Shown: positions 15,500 to 24,700 of the stretch, piece by piece | How positions within the stretch are numbered: position 1 is the first letter of the stretch | Layout of the letters: the number at the start of each line of letters is the position of its first letter | IMG/VR virus record: IMGVR_UViG_3300031602_000003 | Coordinates: 1-54,824 of that record | Length of the DNA: 54,824 bases | Reading direction: 5' to 3' (one strand) | From: a virus | Lineage: Duplodnaviria; Caudoviricetes | The notes under the pieces: generated by a model | Databases searched by the model: none | Told to the model about the DNA's origin: nothing | The model's input: the letters and a program-made list of their open reading frames with translations, nothing else | Position numbers and translations under genes: made by a program

Positions 15500-17096
15500 T
15501 ATCGATAGTACTCTTGAGATTAAAACAGTAGAGCACTACGTCAATGATATTGTTTACGGTGCAGATGAGAAATATATTCCTGGTGATTTTGCCTTAGAAT
15601 TTATTAACTTTATAAAACTTGTTAACGGCGCCACTGGTGAAGAGAACCTAACGCCTGTGCTACACTTTAGAATGTTGGATCAGATAGCAGGGCAAAAGAA
15701 AAACATTGTAAACATGCTTTTCCGGGGAGCAGCTAAAACAACACTATTAGGTGAGTACCTATTCTTATATCTAGGGGTATATGGCGGGCTTCCAGATTTT
15801 GGTGATATAGACTTAGCACTATATGTCTCAGATAGTATTGAGAACGGTGTGAAGAATATGCGGAAAAACCTTGAGTTCCGCTATGAGAACAGTGAATTCC
15901 TTAAAGAGTACATTCCTTACACACGATTCACAGATGTGCGGTGGGAATTTAGAAACAAATCAGGTAATACCTTTGTAGTTAAGGGATACGGCGCTAAGAC
16001 AGGTGTTCGTGGATCCAAAGAAATGGGTAAGCGACCTGTATTGGCTATATTAGATGATTTGGTTTCAGATGAAGATGCTCGTTCTGCAACAATTATATCT
16101 TCGATTGAAGACACAGTCTACAAAGCTATCGATTATGCGCTACATCCTACAAAATCTAAAGTGATTTGGTCGGGCACACCCTTTAATTCAAAGGATCCTT
16201 TGTATAAAGCAGTAGAATCTGGTGCTTGGCACGTAAATGTATACCCGGTGTGTGAGAGATTTCCGTGCTCCGAGGAAGAATTCCGAGGGGCATGGGAAGA
16301 TCGATTCACTTATACATATGTGAAAGAAAAATATGACAAAGCTTCACGCGCAGGTAAAATTGACACATTTAACCAAGAGCTTATGTTGCGTATTATGTCT
16401 GATGAGGATAGACTTATTAGAGACTCAGATATAACTTGGTATGACAGAAAGTCTGTATTAGACTTTAAAGGAAGATTCAATTTTTATATTACTACTGACT
16501 TTGCTACTAGTGAGAGAACATCAGCTGACTTTAGCGTTATATCCGTATGGGCATACAACAATGTTGGCGACTGGTTATGGGTTGATGGTATCTGTGAGAA
16601 ACAACTTATGGATAAAAATGTAGATGACCTATTTAGACTAGCTCAGAAGTACAAGCCACAACAAGTAGCAATAGAGGTAACTGGACAGCAGGGAGGATTT
16701 GTCTCTTGGATCCAAAGAGAACAATTAGTCAGAAACCAGTATTTCACTATGGCTTCTGAAAATAATAATGGTAAACCCGGCATTAGGCCAAATACAAATA
16801 AAATGGTACGCTTTAATATTATGCTTCCAATGTTCAAACTAAATAAGATATTTTTTCCTGAGCAACGTAAAGATAGCCCAGAAATGGTAGAGTGTATTAA
16901 CGAACTTTCTCTCGCAGCTAAGGGTGGATTTAAAAGTAAGCACGATGATTTCATTGACACAATTTCAATGTTATCAAGCCTGTCTCCGTGGAAACCCTCT
17001 GAGTATGGGGAGATGGTTAGAGGGGATACTTCTGGCCTATGGGAGATGGATGAAGAAGAAGAAGGTAAAAATGATTTGGCTTCTTATATCGTTTAA
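15483..17096 (+). CDS. terL: terminase large subunit (N4 gp68-like)
   Basis: Walker A FRGAAKTT, Walker B AILDD, SGTP motif, nuclease TTDFA and HDDFID. Confidence 0.95.
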   Translation: MMLATDIDSTLEIKTVEHYVNDIVYGADEKYIPGDFALEFINFIKLVNGATGEENLTPVLHFRMLDQIAGQKKNIVNMLFRGAAKTTLLGEYLFLYLGVYGGLPDFGDIDLALYVSDSIENGVKNMRKNLEFRYENSEFLKEYIPYTRFTDVRWEFRNKSGNTFVVKGYGAKTGVRGSKEMGKRPVLAILDDLVSDEDARSATIISSIEDTVYKAIDYALHPTKSKVIWSGTPFNSKDPLYKAVESGAWHVNVYPVCERFPCSEEEFRGAWEDRFTYTYVKEKYDKASRAGKIDTFNQELMLRIMSDEDRLIRDSDITWYDRKSVLDFKGRFNFYITTDFATSERTSADFSVISVWAYNNVGDWLWVDGICEKQLMDKNVDDLFRLAQKYKPQQVAIEVTGQQGGFVSWIQREQLVRNQYFTMASENNNGKPGIRPNTNKMVRFNIMLPMFKLNKIFFPEQRKDSPEMVECINELSLAAKGGFKSKHDDFIDTISMLSSLSPWKPSEYGEMVRGDTSGLWEMDEEEEGKNDLASYIV

Positions 17097-17137
17097 GGTA
17101 CTAATTAACAGACAGAAAACACACAGAGGACAAGTTT

Positions 17138-17839
17138 ATGCTACTTTCAGAAATATTTGACCAACTAACTCATGGGGAGCTTTCACAACTATCCATTGGT
17201 GGTGCAGCAAACGGGTCGATAGAGCAAAAAGACTATCCGATTGTAATATCCCATATAAATATGGCTTTAACAGAGCTGTATAAAAGGTTTCCAATTAAGA
17301 TTAGGGAAATCCAAATACAAGAATATGATAGCATAGGAATATACTATTTAGACTCTAAATACTCCACAATCACGGGTACGGCTGCTACGAAGTATCTTAT
17401 AGATAGTGTTGCATTTCCTTTCCAGGATGATGTGCTTAAGATTACAACTGTTTATGATGAGTTGGGTGTTGAACTCCCATTCAATAATATAAACGAGACT
17501 ACCTCAATAAACACTCGTGATTATAATTCCTTTGAAGTGTCTAACCCTGATAGTACGAAAGCACTCACTGTAGAGTATAGAGCTAACCATGTAATAATTG
17601 ACCCCACAGAATTAGATGCAACTACTGTTGATGTAGTATTGCCTCGAAGCTTACTAGAAGCTTTACTCAATTACGTTGCTTTTAGAGCATATGCTGCTAA
17701 TCCACCTATTGATGGGCAAGACCGCTCTGGCAATTACCTGCAGAAATTTGAAGCAAGCATCGCAAGAATAAGTCTTCTCGATTTAGTAAATGACAGTGAA
17801 AAGTTTAACATAAAGTTGGATAATAATGGATGGCCTTAA
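17138..17839 (+). CDS. N4 gp67-like virion adaptor protein
   Basis: LSEIFDQLTHGELSQL, INMALTELYKRF, C-terminal NGWP; position after terL. Confidence 0.85.
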   Translation: MLLSEIFDQLTHGELSQLSIGGAANGSIEQKDYPIVISHINMALTELYKRFPIKIREIQIQEYDSIGIYYLDSKYSTITGTAATKYLIDSVAFPFQDDVLKITTVYDELGVELPFNNINETTSINTRDYNSFEVSNPDSTKALTVEYRANHVIIDPTELDATTVDVVLPRSLLEALLNYVAFRAYAANPPIDGQDRSGNYLQKFEASIARISLLDLVNDSEKFNIKLDNNGWP

Positions 17840-20262
17840 AAAATCCGCAGACGTCTAATGTAGGCGGCGTACAGATACATGTTGACAGTGCATATGACAA
17901 CATAAAACTTGTAGCAGATAATATTACAGAGTTACTGGCCTTAGAAACTTATTTCAAAGAGATGAATGGGATCTATTTAGGTACGGCTACAGCTAATCCT
18001 ACAGTGCGTGGAGATTCGTCAGCACTTCAAAATGGAGATCACTATTACAATACAAGCTCTAAGCTACTCTATAAATATATTAGCGGCTCTTGGGTCTATA
18101 ACACTGTGTTCTATAATGAAGCAGATCTTAATGCCGCTGTCGGCACAGGCCCATTCAATATATGGCTCGCTTATGCTGATAATATATCAGGAACTGGGAT
18201 AAGCACCTTACCTTCGGGCAAAGAGTTTATTGGGTTTGCTGGTGGAAAGACTACTTCAACAGTAGATACTAGTGATCCTAGTGTTTTTACATGGACAGAT
18301 TTTAAAGGCGATACTGGCGCAGCAGGTAGTCAAGGGACTCAAGGGACAACCGGCACTACAGGTAATACTGGCACGACCGGAACTACTGGAACAACAGGTG
18401 CAACAGGAGCATTAGTGGTAGAAGCCCCACTTACACCTGGCAATGTAACAGTCAATGTTACTTCATCATATGTATTAGCTTCTTGGAGTCCCCCAGGATA
18501 TACAGGCCATGATTACACAAAGGTTTACCGAGCATCTTGGGATGGGACAGCCTCTGTTCCATCATCAGGAACATATTTAAAGAGTGCAAGAGGTGACATG
18601 GTTGACGGCTCAGTAGCAGCCAACTCATATTACTATTATTGGTTTTCTCATGTAAATGTTAATGGTGTGGAGTCTGGATTACATGCTGCAGGCGGAATAC
18701 AAGCACAAACACTAGTAGCCTTATCAAGCCAAACTGGGTGGGTTTCCACTGATAATTTAGATTCCACCTTAACAACTAAAATGGGACTAGTTGCAACTAC
18801 TGCTTCAGCTCTATCTGTTTTAACAGGCAATCATAGTACTGTTAGTTCAAACCTAACTACACTTACCAATAACCATAATGCACTTAATACAAATTACACA
18901 ACCTTAAATAATGCATATACTGCTACAGCTTTAGTTGTAGGCAATAACGCTGCGGGTTTGGTAATGTCAGTTGATGCTCAGGGAGCACACACTTTTTTCA
19001 AAACCAATGTGAATGGGCACATAGCCGGGTTTGGGCTGTCTAATACAGCGGCAGCTTCGACAGCCTCAGATGGCTCAAAACCTTCATCAGCTGTATCCCA
19101 ATTTGCTGTGTTAGCTGATGAATTCGTTATAGCAAATCCAGCCTCTTCTAGTGTCTCAGCCGCAAATATTCCTTTTCGAATATCTAGTGGAACCACCTAT
19201 ATAAAAGAGGCTTTTATTGAATCATTAACAGCAGCTAAAATATCTGCAGGTACAATAGCTACTCAAAACATCCTTATTGGAAGCAGCAACTTCGATATCA
19301 GTGGGGCCAAGTATGGTGCTGGTAAAGGGGCCTTAATTATTAATAATGGTACTCGTGATATTTTAAAGTTGGGTTACTTAAGTAGTTCTCTCGTAGGGCT
19401 TGAAATAGTAGATGATGCAGGAGCTACAATATTTAAGTCTGGTACAACTGTCGCTGCACATCTCCAAAACTCTGGCACTACTCCAGCAGACATTGGTTAC
19501 ACAGGTGCCTTAGACGCAAATAAAACCTTAAATACAAACGAACTGACTGATGGGGCCAACTTAGGGGGCACAGCTGCAATCGCAGGTGTGACTGGCGCAG
19601 GTGCTCTTGCTGAAATAGATTCAATTACTGTAGCTAATGCTGGAACATATATAGCAAGTGCCGCAATTACAGAAGCAATGATTGGTACACTAAGTGCAGC
19701 TAAAATAACTACCGGGACTCTGGCTGCTGGAAGAATAAATGCAGCAAGCCTTGCAGCCGATCTAATAACAGTAGATCACTTAGCAGCAAACTCAATTACA
19801 CTTGCTAATAATGCGCTTGCGACAGGAGCGGTTGCCACAGCAAAGGTAGCAGATAATGCTATTACTGAAATTAAAACGTCATACACTGCGTCTGCAACAC
19901 TTCCTACTAGTAAAGCAATGACCCAAACAAACACAATAACTTTTTCTTCTGTTGATGATTTTGACAGCATAGTGTTAATGTATTCTGGGCAAATGACCAC
20001 AGGAACAGGAAACAAAGAAAAAATAGAGGCCCAGTTTCAAAAAGCGGGAACACAGGTTTCTAGTGGGGAATCAGAAATCAACACAGGAGTTTTAGGGGAT
20101 ATAGATGTAGGGGGGCCTATGGCTTCCATGTCTTTTACTGATGCTTCCCCAGGAACTGGATCTAAGGTATATACTGTAAATGCACGAGTCAGCAGTGCTT
20201 CTCCAACTCAAACAGTAGTTATGTATTACAATCACTTTACTGCTATAGGGGTAAAAAAATAA
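17830..20262 (+). CDS. tail fibre / appendage protein (N4 gp66 position)
   Basis: N-terminal SAYDNIKLVADNI anchor, collagen-like segment, FN3-like YYYYWFSHVN, coiled coil, NGHIAGFGL..SQFAVLADEF host-specificity-J-like domain. Confidence 0.8.
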   Translation: MALKNPQTSNVGGVQIHVDSAYDNIKLVADNITELLALETYFKEMNGIYLGTATANPTVRGDSSALQNGDHYYNTSSKLLYKYISGSWVYNTVFYNEADLNAAVGTGPFNIWLAYADNISGTGISTLPSGKEFIGFAGGKTTSTVDTSDPSVFTWTDFKGDTGAAGSQGTQGTTGTTGNTGTTGTTGTTGATGALVVEAPLTPGNVTVNVTSSYVLASWSPPGYTGHDYTKVYRASWDGTASVPSSGTYLKSARGDMVDGSVAANSYYYYWFSHVNVNGVESGLHAAGGIQAQTLVALSSQTGWVSTDNLDSTLTTKMGLVATTASALSVLTGNHSTVSSNLTTLTNNHNALNTNYTTLNNAYTATALVVGNNAAGLVMSVDAQGAHTFFKTNVNGHIAGFGLSNTAAASTASDGSKPSSAVSQFAVLADEFVIANPASSSVSAANIPFRISSGTTYIKEAFIESLTAAKISAGTIATQNILIGSSNFDISGAKYGAGKGALIINNGTRDILKLGYLSSSLVGLEIVDDAGATIFKSGTTVAAHLQNSGTTPADIGYTGALDANKTLNTNELTDGANLGGTAAIAGVTGAGALAEIDSITVANAGTYIASAAITEAMIGTLSAAKITTGTLAAGRINAASLAADLITVDHLAANSITLANNALATGAVATAKVADNAITEIKTSYTASATLPTSKAMTQTNTITFSSVDDFDSIVLMYSGQMTTGTGNKEKIEAQFQKAGTQVSSGESEINTGVLGDIDVGGPMASMSFTDASPGTGSKVYTVNARVSSASPTQTVVMYYNHFTAIGVKK
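18307..18414 (+). repeat. collagen-like (Gly-X-Y)12, Thr-rich and proline-free
   Basis: GDT GAA GSQ GTQ GTT GTT GNT GTT GTT GTT GAT GAL. Confidence 0.85.
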
Positions 20263-20669
20263 TGAGAGCTGTTTTATACAACAAAACAACAGGGCAAGTT
20301 ACAGGGACGTTGACTACATCGGCCAAGTCTTTTGAAGAGGTGGACTCAACAGAAGACACAAACATAGGGCTTTTTGTAGGTGAGACAGCGGGATATCAAA
20401 ATTATGTAGATGTTACAAGCAACCCAGTAACTTTAGAAACCAAAGCAACGCTTGGTGCTGATTTTGATGCTATTACACTAACAGCTGCGGGAGATGGGTA
20501 TATTACTTTAGCTACACTACCTATTCCGTGCACAGTATATGTAGATGGCGTTACAACAGTAGTTAATGATGGTAGTTTTGAGTTTGACGCGGATACAGTT
20601 GGAGAATATAAAATTGTCGTAGATGAGCCAACTTTTACAAGAAAAGAATGGATTATAAATGCCAACTAG
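20262..20669 (+). CDS. hypothetical tail-associated protein
   Basis: 135-aa beta-rich ORF coupled to the fibre gene. Confidence 0.7.
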   Translation: MRAVLYNKTTGQVTGTLTTSAKSFEEVDSTEDTNIGLFVGETAGYQNYVDVTSNPVTLETKATLGADFDAITLTAAGDGYITLATLPIPCTVYVDGVTTVVNDGSFEFDADTVGEYKIVVDEPTFTRKEWIINAN

Positions 20670-20847
20670 ATTTACAGGAACAAGATCTGAAACAGAAGCC
20701 GAACGATACGCCCACAAAAAACATATTGTTTTAGGTTTATCAGCAGCTGAGATAGACTCCTATGTTGACACAAATGTGTCGACACTAGAGGAAGCGAAAA
20801 CAGTACTTAAATTAATGATTAAATTAATTAAAGCAAACGCGCAGTAA
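20659..20847 (+). CDS. hypothetical protein
   Basis: 62-aa ORF overlapping the upstream stop. Confidence 0.65.
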   Translation: MPTRFTGTRSETEAERYAHKKHIVLGLSAAEIDSYVDTNVSTLEEAKTVLKLMIKLIKANAQ

Positions 20848-20853
20848 TTACAT

Positions 20854-21147
20854 ATGGAAATTTTTAGCCTAATACGTGATCTGGGACTCCCAATAGCAAG
20901 TGGCTTAGTTATGGGTTATTTCATATTTTTAGTTATGAAGCAATTAATGTCTGGCTTAGTTAGTGAAATACAAACAGTGCAAGCTATCTCTAAAATGCTA
21001 ATCACACGGGCTAGTATTATGAATAATGATATGATTCGTATAGACGTCAGTATATCTTCTGCGCTAAGATTACCAGTAGACTTAGGTAGAATTGCTAGAG
21101 CTGAAAACTTTGTAGAAGATGGCAAGATAGACGCAAGGCGTGATTAA
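20854..21147 (+). CDS. small membrane protein (paralogue 1)
   Basis: N-terminal TM LGLPIASGLVMGYFIFLV; DMIR motif shared with the next ORF. Confidence 0.75.
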   Translation: MEIFSLIRDLGLPIASGLVMGYFIFLVMKQLMSGLVSEIQTVQAISKMLITRASIMNNDMIRIDVSISSALRLPVDLGRIARAENFVEDGKIDARRD

Positions 21148-21392
21148 TGGATATTGTAAAACTAGTTTCTGAATTTGGCTTCCCGGTTGTCATGGCGGGT
21201 GGGTTGGGTTACTTCGTATACTTTGTATGGCAGACTATTACTAATGTGATAGACCCTGCAGTACAGGATATGAAAGTCACTATCATTAGACTTACAGATC
21301 AACTTAGGTTATTAGATCAAGATATGATACGCTTACAAGAGAAGCTTAATACTGCTTTGCAAATACAGGAGCAACACAAAGATGATATATAA
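21147..21392 (+). CDS. small membrane protein (paralogue 2)
   Basis: N-terminal TM FGFPVVMAGGLGYFVYFV followed by coiled coil with DMIR. Confidence 0.75.
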   Translation: MDIVKLVSEFGFPVVMAGGLGYFVYFVWQTITNVIDPAVQDMKVTIIRLTDQLRLLDQDMIRLQEKLNTALQIQEQHKDDI

Positions 21393-21852
21393 TATGATAA
21401 GAGACATTCTTCTGACCATTGTCATACTTGGTGGGATAGCTTATGGTGTAGACGAAGCCTTCGCAGACAAAATGACGCACAAGTTTAAGTCCCCTTCCTT
21501 TAGTGGTGTGAACACTTCTAGCCACTATTTGACTATTGAGAACCAAGAGCACACTAGAGTTATGACAATTAAAGAAGAAGTGCAAGCACTGGTAGATGAA
21601 ATAGCGAGGGACAAAGACAATACAACATTGGCTCGTTTCGTCCGTAATCTAGAAAGCCGTGTTTATGCACAGCTGTCAAGACAAATGGTAGATAACCTTT
21701 TTGGGGAAAGCCCAAGTACATCAGGCACCATAGAGCTTGAAGGTAACACCATCTCTTACAGCAGTGATGGTGAATTTATAACATTAACGGTGGTTGACTC
21801 AGATGGAACTACGACTGACATTTCTCTGCCTATCGGCTCTTTTACTTTCTAG
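21382..21852 (+). CDS. csgF: curli assembly protein CsgF-like
   Basis: Signal peptide then MTHKFKSPSFSG...LTIENQ, matching the CsgF N-terminal FxNPxFGG...AxAQ pattern; LESRVYAQLS; adjacent to csgG. Confidence 0.8.
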   Translation: MIYNMIRDILLTIVILGGIAYGVDEAFADKMTHKFKSPSFSGVNTSSHYLTIENQEHTRVMTIKEEVQALVDEIARDKDNTTLARFVRNLESRVYAQLSRQMVDNLFGESPSTSGTIELEGNTISYSSDGEFITLTVVDSDGTTTDISLPIGSFTF

Positions 21853-22621
21853 TTGTGTTGCTTTTGATCAGCTTGATGATACGTACGAACAGAGACACAA
21901 AGCAGGCAGTACAGTAAAAGTCGATGAGCTACATTTAAAAGAATTAACTAACGCTCCCGCGCCAACGGTGAGGCCGGTGGTTGCGGTTTATAGCTCCTCA
22001 TTTACAGACCAAACTGGCCAACGGGCCAGTAACTCACAATTTGCATTGTTTAGCTCTGCAGTCACGCAAGACCCTGGAGCTTTGCTAGTAAGAGCGCTAA
22101 AGCACGCCAGTAATGGTAAGTTTTTCAGAGTAGTAGAAAGGGCTGGTCTTGATAATCTTACAAAAGAACGACAATTAATTCGTTCTGCTCGTGAGCAATT
22201 TAAAGAAACAACTAACCCATTACAGCCATTACTTTTTGCAGGCGTATTGATAGAGGGAGCAGTTATAGCATATGAAACCAATTTGACTACTGGAGGAATT
22301 GGTGCTAGGTATTTAGGTATAGGAAAAAGTGTTGAGTATCGTGAAGACAACGTAACCGTCTCTTTAAGATTGGTATCCGTTGCAACTGGCGAGATCCTAA
22401 TAGAAGCATTAACCCATAAGACCGTGTTTAGTTATGGTCAATCAGAGGATGTATTTATATTCTTGGAAGCGGGAACTGAATTGCTTGAAATAGAGAATGG
22501 TAATTCTCGTAACGAATCAGTAACCGTAAGTTTGATGATGGCAATAGAAGGCGCTGTCCTAGAACTTATCAATATAGGGTACGAAAGGAGCTTCTGGAAA
22601 CATGATAAAAAAATTAATTAG
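21794..22621 (+). CDS. csgG: curli secretion channel CsgG-like lipoprotein
   Basis: Lipobox LLSSC; VAVY..FTDQTGQ, SSAVTQ, VERAGLDNLTKERQLIRS, GGIGARYLGIG, VTVSLRLVSVATGEIL; start may be ATG 21803. Confidence 0.93.
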   Translation: MTQMELRLTFLCLSALLLSSCVAFDQLDDTYEQRHKAGSTVKVDELHLKELTNAPAPTVRPVVAVYSSSFTDQTGQRASNSQFALFSSAVTQDPGALLVRALKHASNGKFFRVVERAGLDNLTKERQLIRSAREQFKETTNPLQPLLFAGVLIEGAVIAYETNLTTGGIGARYLGIGKSVEYREDNVTVSLRLVSVATGEILIEALTHKTVFSYGQSEDVFIFLEAGTELLEIENGNSRNESVTVSLMMAIEGAVLELINIGYERSFWKHDKKIN

Positions 22622-23327
22622 TGTTATATTCTTATTAACATTGGCTAGTGCCGCATATGCTCAAGATAATGAAATATATGTGGATCAATCTGGTGCAACT
22701 GCAAATATAGATTTTGAACAACTTGGTACAGGGAACCTTATTACAGGGCTTTCTGGAATATCAGGAACACCCACAGCGTTAGACCTTGACGGATCATCTA
22801 TGACGTTAGATATTAATATGATTGGCTCTACCAATAAGTTTCTCGGTGATATGTGGGCAGATACTTTTACTGGATTGTACAGCTTCACAGGCAGCACAAA
22901 TACATTTACAGTACAGATTGACCCAACTAACACCTATGGTGCTGACAGCAGCAACCAAAACGTGCAGGTTATAGGCAGTAGTAATACATTTGTCTTGAAT
23001 CAAGCAACCTCTGCCTTGGCAGACAGCTTAGACCTTGACTGGTTAGTGCAGGGATCAAATAATACAGTTACAGCAAACATTGATATTGATAACGCCACAA
23101 ACTTCCTAGACATAGATGGCTCCGACAATACTGTTACCTATGATGGTGACGGTGTTACCGCAAGTGCAGGTGGATACTTCTATTTAGACCACACTGGTGG
23201 CAGCAGGACTTTCAATGTCCAACAACAGAGTACATTAAATAATGACTGGGTTAAGATTAATTCTACTGGCTCTAATGGTACTGTCTGTGTCATTCAGAAC
23301 GACCAAGGCACAGCAGTCGGTTGTTAA
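22602..23327 (+). CDS. secreted curlin-like beta-solenoid repeat protein
   Basis: Signal peptide AYA|QD; repeated xQxG/GSxN units rich in N, Q, G, S, T, D; follows csgG. Confidence 0.7.
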   Translation: MIKKLISVIFLLTLASAAYAQDNEIYVDQSGATANIDFEQLGTGNLITGLSGISGTPTALDLDGSSMTLDINMIGSTNKFLGDMWADTFTGLYSFTGSTNTFTVQIDPTNTYGADSSNQNVQVIGSSNTFVLNQATSALADSLDLDWLVQGSNNTVTANIDIDNATNFLDIDGSDNTVTYDGDGVTASAGGYFYLDHTGGSRTFNVQQQSTLNNDWVKINSTGSNGTVCVIQNDQGTAVGC

Positions 23328-24351
23328 TATTGGTGGGGTATCTGAGTTAAACGGTACGGCGCGTATATTAAGAGGTAGGCCTTACGATGCTGAGTTGGAC
23401 TTTGCCATACAAAGTAATGATGAGGCTGTCACTACCAATGGTAGGATGGCTATTACATTTCTAGATGATAGTACTGTTCAGTTAACAGAGCACTCTCAAC
23501 TGTATATAGACGAATACATATATGATCCTGATCCAACTAAATCTAAGATGGCTCTTACGTTTGGGTTAGGTACTGCTAGGTTTATAACAGGTAAGCTTAA
23601 TAGAATATCAAAGCAGAACATTAAACTAAGAACACCTACAGCTAATATTGCTATACGAGGAACAGACTTCACTGCGACAGTAGATGAACTAGGGAGAAGC
23701 CTTATTATTCTTTTACCTGATGAGTTTGGTCTCTCAAGTGGGGAGATTGAAGTTGTAACTGCAATGGGCAGTGTCCTCTTAAGCAAACCTTTTGAAGCTA
23801 CTACAGTATCTGTATTTGAATCAGCCCCTAGTAAGCCTGTTATTCTAGATCTTACCTTAGATGGAATAGATAATATGTTAATCGTTTCTCCTCCTAAAGA
23901 AGCCGTAGAGCTAATAGAAGAGCGAAGTGCGCAGGCTGCTAATATCCTTGATTTTAATGGTTTGGATATGGATGTCCTAGCAGAAGACTTTTTAGGTGAG
24001 GATGAATTGGAGTTCACAGAGTTAGACATTGACTATCTTGATGGTAACTTCCTGGAAGACTTGCTTAACGTGCTCGATGCCCTTGCAGTTACTAAGCAGG
24101 AGGATGGGTTAGCCAGCTCAGGTGCTGTTAAAATTACAGGCACTGCTTTTGGGCAAGATAAAGATACACAAGTTACTTCATTCATAAATGGTGAAACACT
24201 AAGTATACAACGGAGTGTCAGTAACTTTGCGCAAATAGATGTTGACAAAACAGGAGGCTATACTGTTATATTCACCCAAGACGGTGTAACCAGAGCTATC
24301 ACCATTAATGGTGGTGGCACTAGCACAATAACAATGAGTCAGGGGGGCTAA
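23242..24351 (+). CDS. periplasmic FecR-domain protein
   Basis: Signal peptide; ITFLDDSTVQLTEHSQL and LRTPTANIAIRGTDF FecR motifs; acidic linker; beta-rich C-terminus. Confidence 0.88.
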   Translation: MTGLRLILLALMVLSVSFRTTKAQQSVVNIGGVSELNGTARILRGRPYDAELDFAIQSNDEAVTTNGRMAITFLDDSTVQLTEHSQLYIDEYIYDPDPTKSKMALTFGLGTARFITGKLNRISKQNIKLRTPTANIAIRGTDFTATVDELGRSLIILLPDEFGLSSGEIEVVTAMGSVLLSKPFEATTVSVFESAPSKPVILDLTLDGIDNMLIVSPPKEAVELIEERSAQAANILDFNGLDMDVLAEDFLGEDELEFTELDIDYLDGNFLEDLLNVLDALAVTKQEDGLASSGAVKITGTAFGQDKDTQVTSFINGETLSIQRSVSNFAQIDVDKTGGYTVIFTQDGVTRAITINGGGTSTITMSQGG

Positions 24352-24680
24352 TGATAGGCTTGGCTTGCGGTGTAGCGCTGTCACTGCATGTAAATTTAAT
24401 GGATAGGGATTATAATAGTGTACACCCTTACTGCCAATATGAATCCGAAAAAAATTACATCGTTGGAGCATATTATAATTCTGTATACAGACCTAGTTAT
24501 TTTGTAGGATACAAATGGCACTTAAATGATGACACCTCAATAGATTATGTATTAGTACATGGTTATAAACAATACCCAATACTTCCGATAATTAAATTAA
24601 ATTACAAATATACATTTGTTATGCCTGCAGTAGACAATGACCAAGTTGGTATTGTTGTAGGTCTGGACTTCCAATTTTGA
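24351..24680 (+). CDS. putative small outer-membrane beta-barrel protein
   Basis: Tyr-rich amphipathic strands (GAYYNS..SYFVGY..VHGY), terminal GLDFQF beta-signal. Confidence 0.55.
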   Translation: MIGLACGVALSLHVNLMDRDYNSVHPYCQYESEKNYIVGAYYNSVYRPSYFVGYKWHLNDDTSIDYVLVHGYKQYPILPIIKLNYKYTFVMPAVDNDQVGIVVGLDFQF

Positions 24681-24700
24681 ATAATAAGTAATAGAAGCTA

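Noticed and set aside
18307-18414. Collagen-like repeat as the substrate of the prolyl hydroxylase
   Set aside because: The Gly-X-Y tract contains no proline; the Ser-Pro4 tract adjacent to the enzyme is the better candidate.
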